Shown here: in pieces, positions 23,900-34,157 of the stretch
How the letters are laid out: the number at the start of each line of letters is the position of its first letter
Position numbering within the stretch: position 1 is the stretch's first letter
DNA from: Sphaerodactylus townsendi
Taxonomy: Eukaryota
Direction of reading: 5' to 3'
Assembly (NCBI RefSeq): GCF_021028975.2
Contig: NC_059432.1
Span: 42,656,001-42,720,000 of the forward strand
Length of the DNA: 64,000 bases
Made by a program: the position numbers and the translations under genes
The notes under the pieces: generated by a model
What the model was told of the DNA's origin: nothing
The model's input: only the letters and a program-made list of their open reading frames with translations
Databases searched by the model: none

Positions 23900-24690
23900 C
23901 TTATGCATGTTCCAATGTTGACATTCTTGGACTTTTACAAATATCGTATCCACTGTATCCTAGTGCAAGCAGGCAAGGCCATATCCCCAGGAGGAGAGCC
24001 CAGGTGCTTTGTTTCTGTGTGGTAAATATAGGAAGCAGCTGCACAAATCCTTAAGTCTGAGGAAGAATAAAAACACATTCATCAGATTATTGGAATGAAA
24101 TAGCACCACACCATGGCCCCTTCCGCACACGCAAAATAATGCGTTTTCAAACCACTTTCACAACTGTTTGCAAGTGGATTTTGCCATTCCGCACAGCTTC
24201 AAAGAGCTCTGAAAGCAGTTTGAAAGTGCATTATTCTGCATGTGCGGAATGAGCCCATATGAACTAAAAAATGGGTGTCATCCACAATAGCTATACCCTG
24301 CATTCATTCAGGCCTATCCCAAAGTCCAGGATAACTGAGGAGAAAAGGGATCCTCAACATCATTCCCAAAAGTGGTCATGAATGTTGACTACAAGGGTCT
24401 GAGCAAAAGCATTGAAAGGCAGCACTTTCAAACAAGCTCTAAACTGGTTGCTGAGATGATCAATGCCAAATTCTTTGGCAAATCTAATGCACTGCTTGGG
24501 GTTTGGCAGATTGTTTTGTACAAATCAGGCTCCAAGATCTTCCACTGCCAGTATGTTATTTGGCAGGTGTTCTTCTTCAGTTTGCCTTTTGGAATGTCCT
24601 ACATCTCATTTCTCTATACAGTATGCCAAAATCTAGATAGAGTCCCTGAGATAAAGCCATATATTAATGAGAAAATAACCTCACCGCAAG
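23900..24690 (+). pseudogene. Degenerate Ty3/Gypsy reverse transcriptase (probable continuation of the element at 17968)
   Basis: ORF 24372-24761 reads VDYKGLSKSIERQHF..., AKFFGKSNALLGVWQIVL (FSKLDA..GFWQI), FFSLPFG, PYINE (YIDD), with an upstream PRR motif. Confidence 0.75.
24115..24255. mobile_element. Short PIF/Harbinger-like MITE (141 bp)
   Basis: TIRs GGCCCCTTCCGCACA / TGTGCGGAATGAGCC with extended self-complementarity, and a 3-bp TSD CAT. Confidence 0.8.
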
Positions 24691-24810
24691 AAATGCAGAA
24701 AAAACACTATTTAAACCTTGGGATGACAGAAACTATCTGTAATTTAATAGGAAAATTTTGAAATCGATTTTGTGTTTTTCTCTCTCTCCCACTAAGAAAA
24801 CCCACTAGAA

Positions 24811-24958
24811 CAGAGGTCTGCATCCTGTGGCTCTGCAGAGGTTCATGGACTACAGCTCCCATCAGCCCCTGCCACCATGGCCAATTGGCCGTGGTGGCAG
24901 GGGCTGGTGGGAATTGTAGTCCATGAACATCTGCAGAGCCGCAGGTTGCAGACCCCTG
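24811..24958. mobile_element. Complete palindromic hAT MITE (148 bp)
   Basis: The whole element is an imperfect inverted repeat centred on GGCCAATTGGCC. Perfect 8-bp TSD CACTAGAA (24803-24810, 24959-24966). Confidence 0.92.
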
Positions 24959-24963
24959 CACTA

Positions 24964-25273
24964 GAAGAAGAATTTGGAATTATATCATTCTAATTATACT
25001 TTGTCTTTCTGTCCTATAATGAATCTCAAAGCTGTTTACAAAGTCCTTTCCTTTTCTCCAAAGAGCATACATTTTGTGAGATAGGTGAGATTGAAAGAGC
25101 TCTGAAAGAACTGTGACTGGCTCGAGGCTCCCAGCAGGTTTTATGTGGAACAGTGGGGGGAAAACCTGGTTCACCATATTAGAGCTCATTGCTCATGTGG
25201 AGCTGTGGGGAGTCAAACCTGGTTCTCCAGATTATAGTCCACTGGTCTTAACCACCGCACCACACTGGCTGTC
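24964..25273 (-). mobile_element. tRNA-derived SINE, Squam3-like, (TTC)n tail
   Basis: Minus strand begins GACAGCCAGTGTGGTGCGGTGGTTAAG (A box) then GGTTTGACTCCC (B box). Homologous to 27800, 49499 and 61175. Confidence 0.85.
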
Positions 25274-25809
25274 TAATACCTAATGATGGATTATTCCAGT
25301 AGAATCCTAGAATCAATAACATTTGAAGTTACTATAACAGTGGTTAGGATCAATAAATTCTTGGTTGCACACCTGAGTTTCAGTGGCTGCAATTACAGAC
25401 AAAGAGCTTCTGAGAATAGTTTCTAAGGACTTTGCTAAAAATACTGAAATTTATTTTACCCTTTGATCATTGGGTTCAATTACACAGGCTTATTAGGGAG
25501 AAAGATGAATTTCATTAGGACTTATTCGGAAGAAATTCTCATGCACACTAATATGGAGATGTACCACTCAGATCAATGGAACTTTAAGCCAATTCAAAAT
25601 ATAGGCACTTGCATGGCACAGACCTCATGGTCAACTACATTAGGACAATAACACTGGTTTTAATAAGCCTTTATCCTTACATGCTCTGTGACTGTTTACT
25701 TCTGGGATCCTAAATTCTATTTTTTTGCTAGAAATAAAATAATTTGTTAAATAAAAATGCTATGGGTTACACAATGCCTGGAATTTGTGTAGATAAAAAA
25801 AAATGGAAG

Positions 25810-26751
25810 ACAGGTAAGGTTCCCTTTTCAGGCTTCCACTGGGGTCCTTCCTCCCACCATCAGTTGACTAGTAAGGGAACTTACTAGCAGCAAAGGGTGT
25901 TTAAACGAAATGGTGGGAGTCTGTCCCTTCTGGAGCAGGTTCTTGGCTTAGAAAAGGGTCTGACAAGCTCAAGATCTTTGTTGCCGATGTATATAAAGGT
26001 CAGGTTTTTTTGCAAGAAATCTGCAAGAGAGCAAAATAAAGTTTAACAGATTTATTTGGGGTAACAGGGGTACACAAGCACACAATAATCAAAGCAGCAG
26101 AACACACACACAGTACTGGTATATAAGCAGTGTTGAGGGAATAGGTTTGGAATAGCAAAGGAATTGGAGGAATTCTTTGCATCTGTGAAGCACAGTTCAG
26201 CAACTTCCATTGGATTACAAGGAAGCAGGGTAGAAAGCAGATGGAACACAGCACAACTGAACTTGAAGGCAGTCTCAGAAGTACTGGGCAGATCAGCAGG
26301 GTCAGACCATCAGTCCAGACACACTGACACTGAGTGTCAGGCCTATTTTATAGGGGAGGTCGAACCCTCTGGCCATGCTAAGAGAGCTTAATCTCCCAGG
26401 ACCAAAACAATTTCTGTTCTCTGGAGGGGAGACAAAGGAGGGACCTTGGATTCAGGTACTGGGTATTTAGAGTTTTGTGTTGGGTGCTTGAGTTGAATCG
26501 CTCAAGCACTGGAGCACTGGAGTTATTTGGGGCTAATTACATTTTAGGGTGAAGCTGATGGAATTACAGCTTTGGGACAAAGCAAATGAAAAACTAAGGT
26601 GGTCAGTGAGTAATTAGATGAAGGAATCAAGTTAGTTTTTGTGCTGTGGAGAACACCTTGAAGCACTCTCTTTAGTGTGACTTTTGTTTTTCTGAAGCTC
26701 TATCTTGGCTGCAAACATTGTTTACCCAATAATCTCTTTATCTACATGACA
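25810..26751 (-). mobile_element. LTR-like sequence (probable solo/partial LTR)
   Basis: Minus strand begins TGTCATGTAG, has TATAAATA (about 26345) and AATAAA (about 26055) in LTR order. No TSD found. Confidence 0.35.
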
Positions 26752-26914
26752 GACAATGGGGAAGAGAAGACCAGGGAAACTCAGTTCCTGTGAGTAACTT
26801 AGGCCATGCAGGAATGAACTTCCCATCTTGGCACTGCATGTCAGGCATCCCAAAGCTTGGTGAGGTGGGTAGAAAACAGGTACCCTCACTCGCCATGGGT
26901 CAGTCTGGTAACAG

Positions 26915-27566
26915 TGTCATGAATGAGCCTCCAGGAGATGAGGACCAGATGAACAGCCTGAAGACACCATAAATCAGGAGCTGACTTCTTGAGAGAAAAT
27001 GCAACCAGCAGAGCCAGCTCCAAGTCCTTCCCTGCCAGCCAAGGCAGAGTCAATAACAGAGTCAGATGCCTTGCAGCTGCAGAAGCCATCAGCAGCTCCA
27101 AATGAATGGATTGATAAGCCAACTGCACAAAAACAGCAAAAATAGAGACAGCGGCTAAACAGTAAAAGGAGAAGTGCCTGCACTGTAGCTTGATATGGCA
27201 GAAGCCTTTGTGAACAGGAAACATCAGCATCAGAGGAGGACTGAGTACAGCTCAATGTCTTTGAAGGATTCTGGCCTCATTGGAAAGGGCATCTTATAGA
27301 AACCTTGCCTTAGCCTTGGCTCTGCCTGGGAGTAATGTGCTTCACTGGGAAACTCCATGCGCCTGGTTTCTGGATTGGCTGTTCTGCTCCTAGCCAGCCA
27401 GCCAGCCAGAACTCCAGGACTGCTTTGGTCTTGGACTCTCTGATCATGCCTGTGCCTACTGCCTGCCTTCACTTTGGACTGTTTGACAATGCCTCTGCGT
27501 GCTATGACCCCTGGATACCAGACTATACCATAACTGACCTCTGCTAGCAGCACACCTAGGTAGGCA
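26915..27566 (+). mobile_element. LTR-like sequence (Gypsy-type)
   Basis: TGTCATGA start and CA end, purine-rich U3-like part, TATA-like CTTATAGAAA near 27293, pyrimidine-rich downstream part. No TSD found. Confidence 0.4.
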
Positions 27567-27799
27567 TCTCTAGTAATGCAACAATTTGAAGAGGAAGAAA
27601 GTGTCACAAACTTCTGGCTCAGACAGACCTTTCGAATATAAAGCAGAATCAAAAACTCCTAATACAATCATAACACAAGTGACAGATACAATATATTTAG
27701 TACAGAGAGTATATAAGACATATAGTCTAATACATAAGCAACTAGCTAGTAAGCATAATTCTGAGTGGTACAAAGATTTGTAAACTCACGCAGAACTAG

Positions 27800-28115
27800 G
27801 AAGAAGAAGAAATAGAAGAAGAGTTTGGATTTATACCCTACCTTTCTCTCTTGTAAGGAGACTCAAGGTGGCTTACAAGCTCCTTTCCCTTCCTCTTCCC
27901 ACAACAGACACCTAGTGAGGCAGGTGGGGCTGAGAGAGGTCCAAAGAACTATGACTAGCCCAAGGTCACCCAGCAGAAATGTAGGAGTGCGGAAACACAT
28001 CTGGTTCACCAGATAAGCCTCTGTCACTCAGGTGAAGGAGTGTGGAATCAAACCCGGTTCTCCAGATTACAATTACAATCCACCTGCTCTTAATCACTAC
28101 ACCATGCTGGCTCTC
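27800..28115 (-). mobile_element. tRNA-derived SINE, Squam3-like
   Basis: Minus strand begins GAGAGCCAGCATGGTGTAGTG, B box GGTTTGATTCC, (TTC)n tail. Confidence 0.88.
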
Positions 28116-28685
28116 GACAAGGAAGCTTAAAATCTAATTCTGGGGTGACACTATAATATCATATTATCCAATCTGAAAGGGCAGCAAAGTAGGCTGTGAC
28201 TCCAGGAATGAAAATCTGATAAAATAAAGCAGGTGAAGGATCATAGAAGGGGCAGGAGGAATACAATACAGTACAGTCATTGGCTATGATAAGAAAAAAT
28301 GATGTAAGAAATATCACCTCATTCATATTCAGTGATCATACCAAGTGGAAACATTCTGATGAGGAATTGTAAACATCTGCTAAGAGGTCTGGAGAATGCA
28401 ACAAAGAAAATGAGTCATTAGTTAAGTGAGAGCAGATTATTCGCCAGAAGAAAATGAACTTCACAGACCCATTCTGTTTGAGATTTGTATGTAATACAGT
28501 GGCCAGATGGTTAAAGATACAGAAATCCACTGATTTTAAACACATTTTCACGGTAAAGAAGAATCCACATGACCAGAACTGCCTATGGAAACCACAGAAA
28601 GAAGTTGTCCTGTCCATTTTTTCTTGTTTTGGCCCATGCTTAATCAGTTACGGATATGCCAATGGCACATGTTAAATGAAGCTAG

Positions 28686-29134
28686 GACCCTTTCTGCACG
28701 GGCCTTTTACAGCATCTTAGGGACAGCAAAAATGCCATCCAGTGATGCGAAGCCACTGTTTCCAAACCTCGCTCCCCGAGTGAGGTTTTCTGGAAACAGC
28801 AGCATGAAGCTGCTGCTGTGCAAAAGGCAGTGGCTGGAAGGTGCCATCCCCCCTTTTCCGATTGACTTACCTTCCCTGCGACCTTCCGGCGCATTGCTGA
28901 GGCCTGGGGACACGCCCCCCTGCCCTACAACTCCGGAGCGGTCGCGCAGGGCAGGGGGGCATGTCCCCTGGCCTCGGTGATGCGCTGGAAGGTTGCAGGG
29001 AAGATAAGTCAATTGGGTGACGGCGCAGCACTGCCCTGTCTTTACCAGGACCGTTTGTGCGAACGGTCCCGGGGGGGGGGGTGTCGGTGTCATATACGCC
29101 AACACTCCCCCAGCGTGGCTGTGAGGAAGCGGCC
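28686..29134 (-). mobile_element. PIF/Harbinger-like MITE family A copy 3 (more diverged, inverted)
   Basis: Reverse-complement homolog of 14714-15172, with a 3-bp TSD TAG on both sides. Confidence 0.85.
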
Positions 29135-30043
29135 TAGGATCCAATTTTGACATGTCCCTGCAAACAAGTGGTTGTGTTATTATGCCAATAGCTAATCCAG
29201 GTTGCCTTCAACATGTGTCATCAACCTGTACCTGTGACCTAACCATTTCAATGAGAATGGATTTTTTTCCCCATCCTGAAAATGTTTTATTTGTGCTGCA
29301 CAGAAATAGCCCATATTTAAGTATAAATTCCAAGAGAAATCTCACTATTCAGATGATTGGCAAATTTGTAATATAGTTATTGGTGCTTGCTAGAATATCT
29401 GTTTATTACTGAAAAATAAAAAGATAAGAAAAGGGAGAAGAAAAGAAAGAAAAAGAACTACTAAAGAGAGGGAAAAACAAAAAGGAGCGGGAGGCTGTTT
29501 CCAAGAGCACGATGGCTCACTCACAGTGCTGATTCTGGATTTTCTCAGAACTAGTGGGTCTGAAATCCAGACTCTTCCAGTCCACCTGTCAAATTCAAGG
29601 TCCCCAATATCTGGGGAAGCAACAGCTATGAAAAGCATGCTCTGAAGCCTGCAGAGTCGCTTCTAGCAGCAATGCATAGTCTGGGAGCTCTCAGAGATTA
29701 AACCAGCTAGAAATGCCATTCTATCAGTAGCCCTTACTAGAATATTTGTTGTAAACAGCATTGGATCCTTCAGGGAATGGTGGGTTTAAAAATATTTTAA
29801 ATAAATCAATGGCCTGTTGGACCATTTCTGTTACAATGAGAAATCAGTGTACATTGTGTATGTATCTCTATATGCTAGGAGGTTATCCACATATATATTT
29901 CTGTACATCGGTTCATTTAGTGTGGTCAAGTTTGTGGATAATGCTTAATTATTCAGGATGGAAAAAACCAAGTTAAACTGAGAAGAGCTACAGGCAGCGA
30001 TGTGCCAAATAAAGTCCAGTGCGGATGAATGTAAGGTAAGATA

Positions 30044-31575
30044 GTGGTAGACAAGGAAGAAGTTCTGGCAGCCATTGATAAACTAAATGTTACCAAATCC
30101 CCTGGCCCAGATTGCATTCACCCAAGAGTTCTTAAAGAGCTCAAGCATGAAATTGCTGATCTTCTCACTTTAATATGCAACTTATCCCTGAAATCAGGCT
30201 CCATCCCTGAAGACTGGAAGATGGCCAATGTCACACCAATCTTTAAGAAAGGATCTAGGGGGGACCCGGGAAATTACAGGCCAGTCAGTTTGACATCTGT
30301 ATCTGGTAAATTAGTAGAATCTATCATTAAAGATAAAATTATAAAACATGTAGAAATGCAAGACCTGCTGAGAAAGAGTCAGCATGGCTTTTGCAGAGGC
30401 AAATCCTGTCTTACAAACTTACTAGAGTTCTTTGAGGGTGTAAACAGGCATGTGGACAGGGGTGAACCGGTGGACATTGTCTACTTGGATTTCCAAAAGG
30501 CTTTTGACAAAGTTCCTCACCAGAGACTGTTGAGAAAACTCAGCAATGAAGGAATAAGAGGGGAAGTCCTCCTATGGATTAAAAACTGGTTGAGAAACAG
30601 GAAACAAAGAGTGGGTGTAAATGGGAAGTTCTCACAATGGAGAGATGTCGGGAGTGGTGCCCCCCAAGGATCCGTTTTGGGACCAGTGCTCTTTAACCTA
30701 TTCATAAATGACCTGGAAGTAGGGGTGGGTAACGTGGTGGCCAAGTTTGCAGATGATACCAAATTATGTAGGGTGGGGAGAACCACAAAGGATTGCGAAG
30801 AGCTCCAAGCGGACCTTGATAAATTAGGTGAGTGGGCTCAGAAATGGCAAATGCAGTTCAATGTAGCAAAATGTAAAATGATGCACATAGGGGCAAAAAA
30901 TCCAAACTTCACATACACGCTACAGGGGTCAGTGCTATCAGTCACAGACCAGGAAAGGGATTTAGGCGTCTTAGTTGATAGTTCCATGGGAATGTCAACT
31001 CAATGCATGGCAGCTGTGAAAAGGCAAACTCTATGCTGGGGATCATTAGAAAAGGAATTGATAATAAAACTGCAAAGATTGTCATGCCCTTATATAAAGC
31101 AGTGGTGCGACCGCACTTGGAGTACTGTGTCCAGTTCTGGTCGCCGCATCTCAAAAAGAATATTGAGGAGATAGAAAAAGTGCAGAGAAGGGCAACAAGG
31201 ATGATTGAGGGACTGGAGCACCTTCCCTATGAGGAGAGGCTGCAGCGTTTGGGACTATTTAGTTTGGAGAGGAGGCGGCTGAGGGGGGATATGATTGAAG
31301 TCTACAAAATTATGCATGGGGTAGAAAATGTTGACAGAGAGAATTTTTTCTCTCTTTCTCACAATACTAGAACCAGGGGGCATTCATTGAAAATGCTGGG
31401 GGGGAAGAATTAGGACTAATAAAAGGAAACACTTCTTCACGCAACGTGTGATTGGTGTTTGGAATATGCTGCCACAGGAGGTGGTGATGGCCGCTAACCT
31501 GGATAGCTTTAAAAGGGGCTTGGACAGATTTATGGAGGAGAAGTCGATTTATGGCTACCAATCCTCTTTGATCTG
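30044..31575 (+). pseudogene. CR1 ORF2 reverse transcriptase (5'-truncated, two single-base frameshifts)
   Basis: ORFs 30044-31174 and 31003-31413 join through a -1 shift in an A4 run (about 31020) and a +1 shift in a G7 run (about 31400). No in-frame stops otherwise. Confidence 0.93.
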
Positions 31576-31758
31576 AGATTGCAAATGCCTTAACAGACCA
31601 GGTGATCGGGAGCAACAGCCGCAGAAGGCCATTGCGTTCACATCCTACATGTGAGCTCCCAAAGGCACCTGGTGGGCCACTGCGAGTAGCAGAGAGCTGG
31701 ACTAGATGGACTTTGGTCTGATCCAGCTGGCTTGTTCTTATGTTCTTATGTTCTTATG
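30044..31758 (+). mobile_element. Young 5'-truncated CR1 LINE (RT domain, 3'UTR, (TTCTTATG)3 tail)
   Basis: Motifs KSPGPDCIHPRVLKEL, PIFKKG...PGNYRPVSLTS, VYLDFQKAFDKV, PQGSVLGP, KFADDTKL, RPHLEYCVQFW, RTRGH. Octamer 3' tail typical of CR1. Confidence 0.97.
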
Positions 31759-32565
31759 ATACATCATAACAAAAATTGTAAATATATGCTGATAGGATCT
31801 GAACTGGCTAAGACCAGAACTCTGGCTAAGACCAGAGTTGTGGTGGACAGCTCAATAAAAATGTTGATTCAGTATGCAGAAGTGGTGAAAAAGGGCAAAC
31901 TCTGTGCCGGGAATTAGTTGGAAAGGGACTAAAAAATAAAACAGCCAACATGGTAATACTCTTGGATGCAGCTATTGTCAGCCTCACTTGGAATAAAGTG
32001 TACAGTTCTGGCCCTCATATCTCACAAAGGATATTGCAGAGCTGGAAAAAATATAGAGAGGGTCAACCAAGATGATTAAGAGGTTAGAGTACCTTTCTTA
32101 AAGCTGAAACTTCTGAAATTTTTCACTCTACAAAAAAGACAGCTGGGGGGCATGATAGAAATTATAACATTATGTATGGGACAGAGAAAGTGGATATAGG
32201 AAGCTTTTTATCCTTCTCTTATAATATTGGAACTCAGGTACACTCAATAAAGTTGATAGGTAATAAGGTTTAGAGCAGGCAAAAGGAAATAGTTATTTAC
32301 TCTGTGAATAATTAAATTGTAAAATTCACTGCCAGTAGGTGTAGTAATGGTCATGAACATAAATGTCTTTAAAGGTGAGATAGATTAATAGATGATGAGA
32401 CAGATTAACAGATGATAATTCTATCAGTCGCTACTAACTAGGGTGACTAAAGATAACCTTTTAAAACAGAGCAATAAACCTCTGAATATAGGAGTAAGAG
32501 GAAGCATCATGGAAAAGCCTCAGCCTCTATTCTCTGTTTGTTGGCCTTCCATGATGACTGGTTGG

Positions 32566-32755
32566 TAGACATGCCAGCCTCCAGACTACAGAGATCAGTT
32601 CCCCTTGAGAAAAGGAATGCTTCGGAGGGTGGACTCCATGGCATTAACCCCACTGACATCCATATCCTCCCCAAGATCCATCCCAAAATTCCCAGGAGTT
32701 TCTCACCTGCAGCTGGCAACCTTACCCCACAACTCCTGGAAGTCTGGCAACCCAA
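32566..32755 (+). mobile_element. Non-autonomous hAT element (TAGGGTTGCCA-type TIR) inserted in the old CR1 3'UTR
   Basis: Termini TAGACATGCCA / TGGCAACCCAA, TSD CTGGTTGG / CTCGTTGG (7 of 8 match). Confidence 0.75.
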
Positions 32756-33754
32756 CTCGTTGGCTATTATGCAAAACAGAATGCTAGAATAGATAGAATT
32801 CAAGTGTTATTCACTTGTTATGTTCTTATCATTTGATGTTGCATTGCATCGATATCCTTTGGCAACTCTGAATGTGTGAGTCACATCAAATGACCCTATC
32901 AAAACATGTTCCTTATGAGTTCCATTTTTTTTCCTCAGAGAAAAGAACCATTTATTATAAAGGATTATATAAGCATTATGGATGCATTAAATGGTTTTAT
33001 TTACTAGAAGGTACTCAGTCCAATCCAATGCAAAATGAATCCATTCTAACCTCATCAAACTGGAATAACTCTGTATAGGATGGCACTGACTGTGGCCTAC
33101 AGAATTATTAAATACTTGTCACACAATTTACAATCATAAGATTTTTGCACCAGGACTTCTAAATATGAGATAAGTAGCATTGTCTCTGGTCTCCTCCATT
33201 GCTGTTTTTCTTAGCCACAGCTGAAATCAATGCTGCACAAAAAAGTTTAGAAGTGAGGTCACTGATGGTTTGAATTATGGGACAAAGTTTAATTCTTCCA
33301 GCTGCTCCAGCTCAGCAACAGTTGCAGCATTCAACATTGACAACACATCGTCATCAAGAGAAATCAGAGAGCTGAAGCAATGAGTGCTGAAAGGAACACT
33401 TAAAACTGTTCTCATTTGTAGCATTTGACATCAGCAAAATGTTAAATGTAAACAGGACTAGAATGGTTCGGCCAAACTTAACAGTCAAGCTAGTTCAGAA
33501 ACATGGTTATGAATGAAAATCCCCAAAGGAAGTCTCATTTAACACACAAAATAACTAATTAGAACAGATAGCTTATTAAGAGCTCTCCATTTTATGGTTT
33601 TCAGTAAGCTTTCTGTCCTTTTGCTGTCTCTTTGTGAAAATGTTTCACCAGTTATTTTTTTTAAAATTGTTTGTTGTGGCTTTTGGCCTCATGCACTAAA
33701 ATTTACCTACCTATACATATTTTTTAAAATTATTATGAGGCATAAAACAATACT

Positions 33755-34157
33755 TACAGCACAACTGGGCGGGCGAACTCCCTCCAGAGGCAGCATAGGC
33801 TTATGCAGGCAGATTTGCCCTCTCTGGGGCACTTACCTTGGCAGAGGGACAAATCCGCCAGTGTCTGGCTGCTGAGGAGCCTTGGGATGACTGAGGCTAT
33901 GATGTGCTGAGGGCATGATGGAGGCAAGATGGGGATCTTCCCGGGTTAGAGCCAGCTTTAGTCAGCTTCCACTGCTCGTTTAGCCCCCTTTCGCCAGTGA
34001 GCCCAGCCACATTTTTCCACAGTGTATCTCTGCTTTCCCCTATGGGAAATTTTCAGGTAGGGTTTTTCTTTAACTTTTTGGGTTTCCAGCACTGTGGGCG
34101 GGGTGGTGCCAGAGCAGTGCTGCCCCTGCCTGTCAGCCTGGTTGGATTGGGCAGCCC
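33755..34157. mobile_element. Degenerate GC-rich interspersed repeat (MITE-like, GGATTGGGC terminus)
   Basis: Abrupt GC-rich block ending GGATTGGGCAG. A similar end GGATTGGGCTG occurs at 34760-34770. Confidence 0.4.

Larger units (their letters stand above)
29960..32830 (+). mobile_element. Old degenerate CR1 3' fragment hosting two nested insertions
   Basis: Before 30044 it reads as a decayed WQM.F...KCKV. After 31758 it continues YMLIGSELA...VVVDSSIKM..QYAEVVKK...PHLE..VQFW, ending in a degenerate TTATGTTCTTAT tail at about 32818-32829. Confidence 0.8.

Noticed and set aside
33829-33855. ACTTACCTTGGCAGAGGGA resembles the U1 snRNA 5' end
   Set aside because: The match is under 20 nt with mismatches, lies inside a repeat, and has no downstream U1 sequence.
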